Shown: in pieces, positions 23,699-34,925 of the stretch
Position numbering within the stretch: position 1 is the stretch's first letter
Layout: every line of letters begins with the position of its first letter
Virus record (IMG/VR): IMGVR_UViG_3300020045_015293
Location: 1-64,000 of that record
DNA: 64,000 nt
Origin: a virus
Lineage: Duplodnaviria > Caudoviricetes
Direction: 5' to 3' (one strand)
Made by a program: the position numbers and the translations under genes
Notes under the pieces: model-generated
Told to the model about the DNA's origin: nothing
The model's input: the letters and a program-made list of their open reading frames with translations, nothing else
The model's database searches: none

Positions 23699-24290
23699 AA
23701 AATTAGAAAATAGAATATTAGAAATATCTAAAAAGTATGATTTATCACATTTGAGTAGTTGTTTAACTACTCTACCTATTCTTATTGATATATTTACCAA
23801 AAAAACAGAAGAAGATCATTTTGTTTTATCTAATGGGCATGCAGGATTATCATTATATGTAATATTAGAAGAAATATATGGATTAAATGCTGAAGAGTTA
23901 TTTATAAAACATGGTATTCATCCTAATCGTGATTTAGATAATAAAATAGAAGTTTCAACAGGTTCTTTGGGTTCTGGAATATTAATAGCATGTGGATTAG
24001 CATTGGGAGATAAAGAACATGATGTATATGTAATTGTTTCTGATGGAGAATGCGCTGAAGGATCTGTTTGGGAAGCATTGAGATTTGCTTGGGAGCAAGG
24101 TTTAGATAATTTAAAAATATATATAAATGCTAATGGATTTTCTGCTTATGATAAAATACATTTAGAGTATTTAAAAGAAAGAATATATGCTTTTAACCCA
24201 TTAGTAAATTTTATTGATACAAGTGAAATTTATAGAAAATTTGATTTTTTTAAAGGAAATTTTTCAGACCACTATGAGAAACTTAAATGA
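23688..24290 (+). CDS. Transketolase-like alpha (ThDP-binding) subunit, short
   Basis: LSNGHA, TGSLG, SDGECAEG..WEA..NG. Confidence 0.85.
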   Translation: MDLKKLENRILEISKKYDLSHLSSCLTTLPILIDIFTKKTEEDHFVLSNGHAGLSLYVILEEIYGLNAEELFIKHGIHPNRDLDNKIEVSTGSLGSGILIACGLALGDKEHDVYVIVSDGECAEGSVWEALRFAWEQGLDNLKIYINANGFSAYDKIHLEYLKERIYAFNPLVNFIDTSEIYRKFDFFKGNFSDHYEKLK

Positions 24291-24903
24291 TACCAATGGA
24301 GCTAGCCAAATATTATTGGATGTGGCTAAAAAAACTTTAGAAGAATTTAAAAAAGGAATTATAGGAGTTGAAATGGGAATCGCATATGGAGGTGGAGTAG
24401 AAACCATTGGAAAAATGTGGGGAAATCAAGGTATTGTATTTGGTTTTGATACTTTTGAAGGTCATCCAAAAGAAATAGCTTTAAAAGATCCTGATTGCAA
24501 TTATTCAATGGATTCATTTGCTGCTACTTGTATGGATGGATGGTACAATATTTATGACAATAAAGAATTAACTATTGAATATCAAAGAGAAGAATTAGAA
24601 AGACAAGGTATATATAATGTAAATTTAATTAAAGGTATAATTGATGAAAATACAAAAATAAATTTTATTCCATATATTAATTATTGTTTAATTGATTTAG
24701 ATTTTTCAGTAGCTATGAAAAATGCATATAATTTAATTAAAGATAAATTAGTAAAAGGAGCTTATTTATGTTTACATGATGTTATACCAAATGGACATAT
24801 AAAAGGATTAAATGAATGGTATCAAATTATTAAAAATTCAGGAGAATATGAAATTTTAGGAGAATATTCAAATAGTTACCTAGCAATTTTAAAAAAATTA
24901 TAA
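24274..24903 (+). CDS. TylF/MycF-like O-methyltransferase
   Basis: EMGIAYGG, FDTFEG, IDLD, LHD; internal ATG preferred over the ORF-track start. Confidence 0.75.
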   Translation: MRNLNDTNGASQILLDVAKKTLEEFKKGIIGVEMGIAYGGGVETIGKMWGNQGIVFGFDTFEGHPKEIALKDPDCNYSMDSFAATCMDGWYNIYDNKELTIEYQREELERQGIYNVNLIKGIIDENTKINFIPYINYCLIDLDFSVAMKNAYNLIKDKLVKGAYLCLHDVIPNGHIKGLNEWYQIIKNSGEYEILGEYSNSYLAILKKL

Positions 24904-24908
24904 AAAAT

Positions 24909-25544
24909 ATGGGATTTATAGCTTTAGAATTTGATATAGTAAATCATTATGTTGATTATTATAAAAAAATATATAATAAACAATATGAAGACATACAAAT
25001 GTTAGAATTGGGAGATCAAATTTTTTATGTTGATCATCCATCAGTTGGAGTATTAAATAGTAACAATTTTAAATATAAAGTTGCTAAAGATTATTTTCAA
25101 AATAAAAAAATTAATCATACTTCAATAGATTTAAATGGAAATAATGGATCTATATCCTTAGATTTATCTAAATCTTTACCTGAAGAATTTTATAATAAAT
25201 TTGATATAATTACGAATGTGGGTACTGTTGAACATGTGGAAGAAGATCAATATGAAACTTTTAAAAACATACATAAATGTTTAAAAGTAAATGGAATGTT
25301 TATGTCTTTTATGCCTAAAGTAGGAAGTTTTGATATTAATCATTGTTCTTGGTTTTATAATTTAGATTTTTATCGAGATTTAGCAAATGAACAAAAATAT
25401 ACTATATTTTACTTAGGAGAAATATTATATCCTTCAATTAATAGAGATATGGGAACATTAGTAACATGTGTTTTACAAAAAACAGAAAATAATGATTTTA
25501 TAATAAATAAAGATATATTTCATAGAAATTTATTTCGAAAATAA
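24909..25544 (+). CDS. Class I SAM methyltransferase
   Basis: LELG, IDLN, FDIITNVGTVEHV. Confidence 0.8.
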   Translation: MGFIALEFDIVNHYVDYYKKIYNKQYEDIQMLELGDQIFYVDHPSVGVLNSNNFKYKVAKDYFQNKKINHTSIDLNGNNGSISLDLSKSLPEEFYNKFDIITNVGTVEHVEEDQYETFKNIHKCLKVNGMFMSFMPKVGSFDINHCSWFYNLDFYRDLANEQKYTIFYLGEILYPSINRDMGTLVTCVLQKTENNDFIINKDIFHRNLFRK

Positions 25545-26029
25545 TGAGAAAAACATTTGCAAATTTAATATTAGAAGAAACTAAAATTAATCCAAATATT
25601 GTTGTATTAACGGGGGATTTAGGTTATAAAGTATGGGATGAATATAAAGAAAATTTTCCTAATAATTTTTATAATGTAGGTTCTGCTGAACAATTAATGA
25701 TAGGCACAGCTATAGGATTATCATATACAAATAAAATTCCAATATGTTATTCTATTACTCCATTTTTATTATATAGACCATTAGAATTAATAAAAAATTA
25801 TATAAATCATGAAAATGTTCCTATAAAATTGGTAGGTAGTGGTCGTAATAAAGAATATAAAGATGATGGTATATCTCATTGGGCTGAAGAAGATAAAGAA
25901 ATTATGAAAGTTTTTATTAATATTATAACATGGATTCCTAATTCAATAGAGGAGTTAGAAAAATTTTATAAAGAATTTCTTTATTCAGAGTCTCCTATTT
26001 ATCTTAATTTAAGTAAAAAAATATATTAA
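25544..26029 (+). CDS. Transketolase-like beta (pyrimidine-binding) subunit, lacking the C-terminal domain
   Basis: LTGDLG, NVGSAEQ, RPLE, GISH. Confidence 0.85.
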   Translation: MRKTFANLILEETKINPNIVVLTGDLGYKVWDEYKENFPNNFYNVGSAEQLMIGTAIGLSYTNKIPICYSITPFLLYRPLELIKNYINHENVPIKLVGSGRNKEYKDDGISHWAEEDKEIMKVFINIITWIPNSIEELEKFYKEFLYSESPIYLNLSKKIY

Positions 26030-26971
26030 ATGAAAAAAATAGCATGTTCTTTTTTTTATACTGATGATAGATATAAACATTTAGCAGATTTAGCTATACA
26101 AAGTTTTAAAACATGGCATCCAGATATTGATGTTTTTATTTTTGATAAAAATAATATAGATTTAAACATGCCTTATAACTATACTGCTGGATATACTAAA
26201 TTTTATTATGCATCTACTTTATTTAGAAAAGGATATAATAAAGTTATAAGTTTAGGAGTTGATACTGTTACTTGTGGTCGTTTAGATGAATTTATTAATA
26301 ATGAAGAAGATGTTTTAACAACTTTAGATTTCAATTATGGAATAAATTTTAATGGAATAAACATTCCAGCAGATCATCATTATAATGCAGATGTTATATG
26401 TTTTAATAATAAATTTTTTATTTTTGATTTATTAAGATTAATGAGAAAATATGCTAATGATTATTTTGAACAAGGGGCATTAAACCAAATGTTAGCTATT
26501 ACAGATAGTAAATATTCATATAAAAACGTTGATTATATGGATCAAAAAGTGGTTTATAATTGTAGAGCATATTATAGGGATGAAGGAAATAATAATTCAT
26601 TTCATGGTCAATATCCATATCCATTTAGAGTTGAAGAAGATAAATTAATTTCTCCTTTAGAAAAAATTGTAAAAATAATTCATTTTGTTAAAGGATTTGG
26701 TACTTTTGATAAACCAAGATTTGTACAAGAAATAAATAGTATTAAAGATGGGGTTTTTAATGAGGAAACTAAAAAATTTATTATAGAAAAATGTGGGGTA
26801 CCACAATCTTGGTTTGATACAAAAATGACCGAAGAAGAATATCCTGAAAATTTAAAATTACATCCAAGTAAAACAAATGCAATGTTTCCAAGAGGTGATA
26901 AATTAAAATTTGATGGAGATATAAATATAAGTGATTATTTAAATAAAAAATTGAAAAAAATAGAGTTGTGA
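26030..26971 (+). CDS. GT-A (GT8-like) glycosyltransferase
   Basis: GVDT, YNADV, EQGALN, IIHF. Confidence 0.6.
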   Translation: MKKIACSFFYTDDRYKHLADLAIQSFKTWHPDIDVFIFDKNNIDLNMPYNYTAGYTKFYYASTLFRKGYNKVISLGVDTVTCGRLDEFINNEEDVLTTLDFNYGINFNGINIPADHHYNADVICFNNKFFIFDLLRLMRKYANDYFEQGALNQMLAITDSKYSYKNVDYMDQKVVYNCRAYYRDEGNNNSFHGQYPYPFRVEEDKLISPLEKIVKIIHFVKGFGTFDKPRFVQEINSIKDGVFNEETKKFIIEKCGVPQSWFDTKMTEEEYPENLKLHPSKTNAMFPRGDKLKFDGDINISDYLNKKLKKIEL

Positions 26972-27891
26972 AAAAAATATTAGTTACGGGTTCAACAGGT
27001 TTTTTAGGTAAACATTTTATACAATATTTACATAAATATTTTCCTGATTACTTTGAAATAGTTGAATCAAATACTCAAAAATTAAATTTATTAACAACTA
27101 ATTTGTTAGCTTGGGAATGGGGGTTTAATGAATTTGATTATATCTTTCATTTTGCTGCAGTTACAAAAGCAGGGGATTGGTGCTTAACTCATACAGGTGA
27201 ACAATGGTTAACAAATCAACAAATTAATACAAATATAATTAAATTTTGGAAAGATTATAGTCCTAGAGCAACATTTATTGGAATAGGAACATCATGTAGT
27301 TATGGAGATGATTGGCGTAAAGATGAACAAAACTATTTAACTTATGAACCAGAGCAATCTTTATACACATATGCTTATACAAAAAGAATGTTATATTTGG
27401 GTTTAGAAGCAATGAAAAAACAATATGGAATGAATCATTGTTATTTTGTTCCTTCTACATTATATGGTACTCAATTTTCTGAAAATGATAATCATTTTAT
27501 TTATGATATTGTAAGAAAATTTTATGATGGAGTATATAATAATAAAGAAGTAGAAATGTGGGGAACAGGAATAGCAACAAGAGAATTAACATGGGTTAAT
27601 GATTTTATTGAATTAATGTTAAAAATTGTTTTTGATTTACCTCAATATCATAATAAAATAGTTAATATAGCGAGTGGACAAAGTAGAATGATTTCTGAAT
27701 ATTATTATTATGTTTCTAAACTATTTAATTATGATTTTAAAAATATAATTAGGAATACAGAAAAATATGTAGGAATGAAAGATAATAAATTAATTACTAC
27801 AATTCCAGAAGTAAAAAATTTTGAATTTAAAAAATTAGAAGAAGGTTTAGAAGAATTAGTTAAATATTACAAAGCATTAAAATATGAATAA
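26968..27891 (+). CDS. GDP-fucose synthase-like epimerase/reductase
   Basis: TGSTGFLG, GTSCSY, YAYTK, WGTG..RE. Confidence 0.85.
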   Translation: MKKILVTGSTGFLGKHFIQYLHKYFPDYFEIVESNTQKLNLLTTNLLAWEWGFNEFDYIFHFAAVTKAGDWCLTHTGEQWLTNQQINTNIIKFWKDYSPRATFIGIGTSCSYGDDWRKDEQNYLTYEPEQSLYTYAYTKRMLYLGLEAMKKQYGMNHCYFVPSTLYGTQFSENDNHFIYDIVRKFYDGVYNNKEVEMWGTGIATRELTWVNDFIELMLKIVFDLPQYHNKIVNIASGQSRMISEYYYYVSKLFNYDFKNIIRNTEKYVGMKDNKLITTIPEVKNFEFKKLEEGLEELVKYYKALKYE

Positions 27892-28546
27892 TATTGAACA
27901 AATTATAAATAAAAATAAAGGTATAAATAATCAAGGATTACCTGGTTATCAACATCATGATGGATTATGGTTTGGAGAAGAAGAACATAATTCATATTAT
28001 AATTTAGCACAAATTATTAATAAAACATTTCCACAAGATAATTTAAATATTTTAGATATAGGTTCTGGAGCAGGTTCATTATCACATTGGTTAAGAACCT
28101 TAAATAAAACTTATAATGTTGTAACTCTAGATGGAAATATAGATATATTAAATAGTCCTTATATTTTAAATAATTATCATTTTGTAATTAGAACTGATGA
28201 AGAGTATGAATTAATTAATGATAATCAAACTATTAAATTTAATTTAATATTATGTTATGAACATCTAGAACATATACAAGAACATAAATTAGAAAAATGG
28301 TTTAAAAATTTAAATAAACATAGTAATTTAGAAACAATATTTCTAGGGACATCATCAACAAATCCATATAATGATGATGTACATGTAACTGTTCGCCCTA
28401 AAAAATGGTGGATAAATATATTTAAAAAATATGGATGGATAAATATTACTGATTCATTTTTAAATGAAACTACCAAACCATTTAATTTTGTTTTAGAAGA
28501 TACTAGTGAATTAAACTTCATAAAATTAGATATAAATGAAATATAA
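27884..28546 (+). CDS. Class I SAM methyltransferase
   Basis: ILDIGSGAG, EHLEH, HVTVRPKKWW. Confidence 0.8.
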   Translation: MNNIEQIINKNKGINNQGLPGYQHHDGLWFGEEEHNSYYNLAQIINKTFPQDNLNILDIGSGAGSLSHWLRTLNKTYNVVTLDGNIDILNSPYILNNYHFVIRTDEEYELINDNQTIKFNLILCYEHLEHIQEHKLEKWFKNLNKHSNLETIFLGTSSTNPYNDDVHVTVRPKKWWINIFKKYGWINITDSFLNETTKPFNFVLEDTSELNFIKLDINEI

Positions 28547-29252
28547 ATTTCTTATAGGTATAATGATACCTACACGTAAACGCATTCAATTTTTAAAAGA
28601 ATGCTTAGATAGTTTTAATACTAAAACTAAAGATAAATCATTAGTAGAATTATTATTAAAAATAGATTCTGATGATTTAGATACATTAAAATTTGCTGAA
28701 GCATATAAATCAAAAATTGAAATTAAAATTTGTGTAACAGATAGAAAAAAAGGTTATGGAAGTTTACATGAACATTATGATTCATTAGCAAAAATATCAG
28801 AATCAGAATTTTTACAAGTTTTTAATGATGATATTGAAATGTTAACTCAAGATTGGGAACAACAAATAATTCCTTATTCAGGTAAATATAATGTATTAGC
28901 TGTTAAAAATGAAAGAATTAAAAATGGAGAAAAAATATCTATATTTGATGGTTATAATGGAAACCCAATAATTCCAAGGTTTTTTTATGAAGATTACGGT
29001 ACTTTATCTGAACATCCAATGTTAGATGATTGGTGGGTTAATGTAACAAATGCTGTACCTGGATTACAAAAATGGTTAGATATAACTGTATGGTTTAAGA
29101 GACCAGATGGTGAATATACAGATTTTGCATTAGATGAAACTTTTTCAGAAGGTAGAGCTCACATAAATTGGAGTCATCATGGTTCAAAAGGATTAAATGA
29201 TTATATTAATTACATTAAAAATTGTGTTTTGATTAATCCTGAAAAATTTTAA
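28536..29252 (+). CDS. GT2-like glycosyltransferase
   Basis: IPTRKR, IDSDD, FNDD, GNP. Confidence 0.7.
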   Translation: MKYKFLIGIMIPTRKRIQFLKECLDSFNTKTKDKSLVELLLKIDSDDLDTLKFAEAYKSKIEIKICVTDRKKGYGSLHEHYDSLAKISESEFLQVFNDDIEMLTQDWEQQIIPYSGKYNVLAVKNERIKNGEKISIFDGYNGNPIIPRFFYEDYGTLSEHPMLDDWWVNVTNAVPGLQKWLDITVWFKRPDGEYTDFALDETFSEGRAHINWSHHGSKGLNDYINYIKNCVLINPEKF

Positions 29253-29282
29253 AATCCAAAATTTAATTTTTACCTTTACCAA

Positions 29283-30002
29283 ATGCTAAAATTTAATTCA
29301 CATTCAATACAAGGGAGAAGGGCCTATCAAGAAGATAGAATAGCAATAATCCAAGATAATGGAGATATAGTTGCTGCTATTATTGATGGGCATGGTGGAG
29401 ATAATACTGCGGAATTTATTAAAAAATATATTGAAGGAATTGCTTTTTCTTCTCATGAAGATGATGTTAATAAATCATTAGAAGAAATATACGATGATAT
29501 GCATTATTATGCATCGGATAAAGATGAAAACAATTTTCAAGATGGTGCTTGTTTACTTGTATCTAATGTAGGGGAAAAAGGTGATTTTGAAATATCTTGG
29601 GTTGGTGATTGTGTTGCCTTTCAAAGAGGAGAAAAAATAACAACACAATTAAATAAAATTCATAATTTGAATAATGTTCAAGAAGTAGAAAGAATAACAA
29701 AAGAAATAGGAAGATTATATAGATCAGGTCCATATTTAATGTCTTCTACAATAAGAGAATATGGTTTAATACCTACAAGAACAATAGGAGATAGAGATTT
29801 TGAAGTTGATGGTGTATCACATGAACCTGAAATTATAACAGGTAAATTAGAAAAAGGTGAGTCCTTAATATTAGTTACTGATGGAGTTACAGATGTATTA
29901 TCAAAGGATCAATTAGAAAAAACAGCAGAAGAAATTGTATTAAGAGCTTATAAAGCAGGTTCCTCAGATAACATTTCAGCAATTGTAATAACTTTAGAAT
30001 GA
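29283..30002 (+). CDS. PP2C/PPM-family Ser/Thr protein phosphatase
   Basis: GRRAYQEDR, DGHGG, VGD, TRTIGD, TDG, DN. Confidence 0.92.
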   Translation: MLKFNSHSIQGRRAYQEDRIAIIQDNGDIVAAIIDGHGGDNTAEFIKKYIEGIAFSSHEDDVNKSLEEIYDDMHYYASDKDENNFQDGACLLVSNVGEKGDFEISWVGDCVAFQRGEKITTQLNKIHNLNNVQEVERITKEIGRLYRSGPYLMSSTIREYGLIPTRTIGDRDFEVDGVSHEPEIITGKLEKGESLILVTDGVTDVLSKDQLEKTAEEIVLRAYKAGSSDNISAIVITLE

Positions 30003-30403
30003 AAATAGTTAAAGAAACACCAGAATTAAAATTTAAAATATTTTTACAAAATATTGGTGGTTTAAAATCAGGATATTATCCAGAAGATAGACCACCAATT
30101 ATAGGAAATATATGTGAATGTGGTGATGGATGGTTACCTTTAATTCAGGAATGTATTCAAAAATTAATTGATGCTGGATGGAATAAAGAAATTATTCAAA
30201 TAAAAGAGAAATTTGGAACATTGCGCTTTTATACTAATAAATTAAATGATGAATGTTGGAAAATAATTTCAGAAGCAGAAGAAAAATCTGCTGTTACTTG
30301 TGAATTATGTGGTCAACCAGGAATTTTAAGAAAAGATTTTCCTTGGATTAGAACACTATGTGAAAATGATTATAATGAATTTAAAAAAAGATATGAAAAA
30401 TAA

Positions 30404-31156
30404 ATGATTAAAATAGTGCATATTTCTGATCTTCATGGAAAACATGAAGAATTAAACATTCCTGAATGTGATGTTTTGATTTGTTCGGGGGATGTTGGTA
30501 ATGTGCGTACTACTTTAAATGAATTAAATTTATTTTTAATTTGGTTTGAGAAACAACCAGCAAGATTAAAAATATTTGTTGCTGGTAATCATGATGTATT
30601 ATTAGATAAATATTTTGCCAAAAAACAAGGTGATTCGATAGCTATAATGTTAGCTGAACAAAAATATCAAGATGCTAAAAAATTAATTGAAGCTTATAAT
30701 ATAAAATATTTAGAAGATAAGGATTATTGCTTTGAAGGTATAAAATTTTATGGTTCACCTTATTCACCTTCATTTGGAGACAATTGGGGCTTTAATGCAG
30801 ATAGAGGTAATAAAATTAAAACAATTTGGGGAAAAATACCTTCAGATGTTGATGTTTTAATTACACATACACCTGTTTATAAAATATTGGATAAAGTTGA
30901 AGATAAGCAAAAAAGATATCCTGATGAAGATACAAATGTTGGATGTCAAGATTTATTAAATGTAATTAAAAAAAGACTAACAAAATTAAAATTACATTGT
31001 AGTGGTCACATTCATGAACAATATGGCGTTGTTCATATTAAAATATCTAATACAAGAAGTATTTTGTTTTCAAATGGAGCAGTAGTAAAAAATGAATATG
31101 ATAAAGATCAACAACCTATTATTTGTATAAAAAATCCATTATTAATAACTTTATGA
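30404..31156 (+). CDS. Calcineurin-like metallophosphoesterase
   Basis: SDLH, GD, GNHD, THTP, GHIHE. Confidence 0.92.
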   Translation: MIKIVHISDLHGKHEELNIPECDVLICSGDVGNVRTTLNELNLFLIWFEKQPARLKIFVAGNHDVLLDKYFAKKQGDSIAIMLAEQKYQDAKKLIEAYNIKYLEDKDYCFEGIKFYGSPYSPSFGDNWGFNADRGNKIKTIWGKIPSDVDVLITHTPVYKILDKVEDKQKRYPDEDTNVGCQDLLNVIKKRLTKLKLHCSGHIHEQYGVVHIKISNTRSILFSNGAVVKNEYDKDQQPIICIKNPLLITL

Positions 31157-31364
31157 AATTAATATCTGTTAACATAACACCAAAACAAATTATAAAAATG
31201 GATGAATTATCTAGAACGACAGGTGAAGGATATGCTTTTAAAAAATTAAAAGAATTAGGATGGGCTAAAGATCTATTGTGTCCAAGTTTTGAGAAATGGT
31301 TAGAACTTTTAACTCCAAAACAAAGAATTGAATTATATATTGCTTATTTTAAAGATCAAAATTT

Positions 31365-31856
31365 ATGAAATTATATTTTTTCCAATCTAAAAACATAAAT
31401 CAATATAAAACAATTTTGGAAAAAATGGTTGATGTATGGGAACATGAACATTATTCCCATATTTTAGAATATTGTGAAATTATTGAAACTGATTATAATT
31501 TATATTGGGAAATATGGTTAATTCAAAATGAAAAATATGAAGTAATTGGAATTTGTGGTTTATATTCATTAAGAAAAGATTATGAAGAATTATGGTTAAG
31601 TTGGTTAGGATTAATTCCTGAATATCGTAATAATAATTTAGGTGATCAAATATTAAATTTTATTGAAAATAAAGCTAAAGAAAAAGGAACTAAAAGATTA
31701 CTTTCTTATGTAGGGGAAGATGGAGATGCATTAAATTTTTATTATAAACATGGATATCAATGGGGTGGAAGTGTTGAAAAATATATTAAAGAACATCCTG
31801 ATGTTAAAAATGAATTTGGTAATATCAAAGATTTTATAATTTATAAGGATTTATGA
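31365..31856 (+). CDS. GNAT acetyltransferase
   Basis: PEYRNNNLG and ALNFYYKHGY. Confidence 0.85.
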   Translation: MKLYFFQSKNINQYKTILEKMVDVWEHEHYSHILEYCEIIETDYNLYWEIWLIQNEKYEVIGICGLYSLRKDYEELWLSWLGLIPEYRNNNLGDQILNFIENKAKEKGTKRLLSYVGEDGDALNFYYKHGYQWGGSVEKYIKEHPDVKNEFGNIKDFIIYKDL

Positions 31857-32652
31857 CATTAAAAGACATTATACCAAACTCTATATATTGCACAATAGGT
31901 TATTGTGATGAAAAACATTTAGAAACATTAGAACAATATATACAACAAAACAAATTTTTGTTAGAATTATTTGATAAAATATCTATTGCTTATAATGGAG
32001 AAAGAGAAAAATGTTTAGAAGCAATTAAAATATGGAATGACCGTTTTCCTGGTAAATTATTATTTGGTATTTTACCAATAAATAGAGGCCAAACATATGG
32101 TACTATGGATCTTGATAATGAAGTTATCAGGTTAGGATTAATTTCTAATAAAGATTATATTTGGAAAACATCAGCAGATACAATATTCTTTGAACAAATT
32201 CTAGAAAAAGAAATTGCCGAAGCAGATTTTTATTATTTAAATGGAATAGGATATGCCGGTTTAGAACGTTTTAATTCTGAATATTTTTTTCCGCAAACTA
32301 ATTTTTATATAATTTCTTCAAATATTGATTATTTAAATGATGAAAATGAAGTTGATGAAGTATATGAATTACAAAAGGTTAACCCAAATAAAAGACCTTG
32401 GGAATTAAAACAAGGTTTTGAAAGTGAAACATTTTTAAAACGTTGTGTGGAACGAAATAAATTATGGAAATTTCATTTATGTAATGATTCATATTTTAGA
32501 AAAATTATGAATGTTGTGAGAAATTATCAAATACATGATAGTAGTCATAAAAATTTAATTATTGAAGATCCTGGTGTTTCTCATTTACATTATCCAGATA
32601 AACCAGCATATAGTATTAGTATATTAAATGAACATATATAAAAATAAAAAAT

Positions 32653-33273
32653 ATGGATGGAATATTTGAACATTTTAATTTAAAAATAGGAGAAAAAAAA
32701 GAAAAGGGAATAGCATCTATTTCTGCTTATGAATTTAAAACAGCAGAAGATCCAATTTATGCTATGAGACAAGCTATGAATGGACTTAGTATAAGTGATG
32801 GAAAATATGTAAGACTCAATGTAAATGGACAATTAATGATGTCTGATACAGATATGGAAAAAAGAAGTAACAGAGGATTTATATATGCTGCAAACGGAAA
32901 TGTTTTAATTGCAGGATTAGGAATTGGTTTAATTTTAAAAGCAATATTAGAAAAACCAGAAGTAGAAAGTATAACAATTATTGAAAAATATAAGGATGTT
33001 ATTGATTTAGTTAGTCCTTACTTTACTAATCCTAAAATAGAAATAATAGAAGCTGATATATTTGAATGGAAACCACCTAAAGATAAAAAATACGATACTA
33101 TATATTTTGATATATGGCCTGAAATATCTACAGATAATTTAGAAGATATTAAAATATTACATAATCGTTTTAAAAATAAACTAAATAGAAACAATCCTGA
33201 TTGTTGGATGAATAGTTGGATGAAAGAAAGATTACAAAGAGAAAAAAGAAAAGAAAGAAATTATTTTTGGTAA
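32653..33273 (+). CDS. Spermidine-synthase-like SAM-dependent protein
   Basis: VLIAGLGIG, IEK, ADIF, YDTIYFDIW. Confidence 0.75.
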   Translation: MDGIFEHFNLKIGEKKEKGIASISAYEFKTAEDPIYAMRQAMNGLSISDGKYVRLNVNGQLMMSDTDMEKRSNRGFIYAANGNVLIAGLGIGLILKAILEKPEVESITIIEKYKDVIDLVSPYFTNPKIEIIEADIFEWKPPKDKKYDTIYFDIWPEISTDNLEDIKILHNRFKNKLNRNNPDCWMNSWMKERLQREKRKERNYFW

Positions 33274-33275
33274 AA

Positions 33276-33995
33276 ATGACCAAACCAATAGAAATATTTG
33301 TTAGACACTGTAATACGTCTAGTAATAGTGTAGGAAAATCACGTCCAGAGTGGTTTTCAAGGGAGAAATGTTTTCAAAATTTATTAAATACATTTAATCC
33401 TGAGCTTGCAAATATTACTGTTATATTTGATGGAACACCAAATGCTGAACATTTTTTAAATAAATTTGATACTCCACATTATAAACAGTGGTGGAAATTG
33501 GTTTGTAAACATGGGGGTAATGATGCTGTTTCATTTTTGAATGTATTAGAATATATAAAAGAACAAAATTTACCTCCTGAAACTATAACTTATTTATTAG
33601 AAGATGATTATTTACATAAACCAAAATGGTGTGAAATTTTGCTAGAAATATGGGATTATATGGATGTTGATTATGTAACCTTATACGACCATTTTGATAA
33701 ATATTTTTTACCAATGTATATAGGATTACAATCAACAATTTATTGCACTGAATCTTGTCATTGGCGTACAACTCCATCAACTACAAATACTTATGCTACA
33801 AAATGGAAAACATTAAAAAAACATTTTGAAATACATAAATCATTTTGTGATTTAGAAAAAGGATATACTCGTGACCATGATAAGTTTACAAAACTTTGGG
33901 AAATAGGTTCTAATCTAGTATCATGTATTCCAGGATATTCAACTCATGTAGAAACACAATATTTATCACCTTGTATAGATTGGTCTAAAATTTAA
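33276..33995 (+). CDS. GT-A fold glycosyltransferase
   Basis: YLLEDDYLH; glycan-cluster context. Confidence 0.65.
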   Translation: MTKPIEIFVRHCNTSSNSVGKSRPEWFSREKCFQNLLNTFNPELANITVIFDGTPNAEHFLNKFDTPHYKQWWKLVCKHGGNDAVSFLNVLEYIKEQNLPPETITYLLEDDYLHKPKWCEILLEIWDYMDVDYVTLYDHFDKYFLPMYIGLQSTIYCTESCHWRTTPSTTNTYATKWKTLKKHFEIHKSFCDLEKGYTRDHDKFTKLWEIGSNLVSCIPGYSTHVETQYLSPCIDWSKI

Positions 33996-34925
33996 ATTAT
34001 GAAACCTGTTGTATCATCTCCTACATTAGCTTTAAATGCTTTAATTAAAGGTTGGAAATTTAATAAAAAATATATTAAAGCTATATTTGAATATTTTAAT
34101 AGTAGTTTTGATCAAACTGATAATTATTTAGATGGAATGGATGGAGAAGGAGTTACACATCCTAAAGATTATTGGAAAATATGGTGTAGAGGTGAGAGAA
34201 TTATGCATGAAAGTGATAATAATCCTTTTTTAAATATTTAAATTTATGATTTTTATACTCAAAGAATCCATAATGAATGGAACTGTTACTATGTTTACAA
34301 AAACAACAGGAATTGAAGCTAATACTTTTGAAGAAGCAAAAGAAAAGGTAAAATTATTACCAAATGTTATTAATAAATTTGATGTAATTGAAAAAGAAGA
34401 TTTAATTTCGATAAAATTAAAACCTGAATTTATAGAAAGTTATCCATGTTATGGAACTATGGATAATTAACCTTTAAAAATAATATAAATATGAATAAAA
34501 TACAAGAAATAAAACAGGTGTGGTATAAAAATCCTAAAATAAAATTTAATGTAAGTACTAAGGAAAGAAAAGATATAATGTTAAATGAAAATTTAAATAT
34601 AATATTTCAAGGAGAAATTTATGATATTAAGTTTAAAAATTTAGGAGGAGGGGTATGGGAAATATATACTGAAAAAAAATTAAATAAATATGATTCCTCA
34701 AACACTAATAAATAAATATAAAATAGAAAACCAACGACTAGCTGCTTATGTAGAATATCTAAATATTTTAGGTGTTGTAGGTTTTGAAAAACAACATGAT
34801 TTAAATATGGTTTCATTATGGTTGGATAAAAATAAAATACCACATGAAAAAAATGATAGATATTTTATATGGATAGACACATTAGGGGAGAATTTAAAAA
34901 AATGGTTTAAAAAACCTTTAAAATA

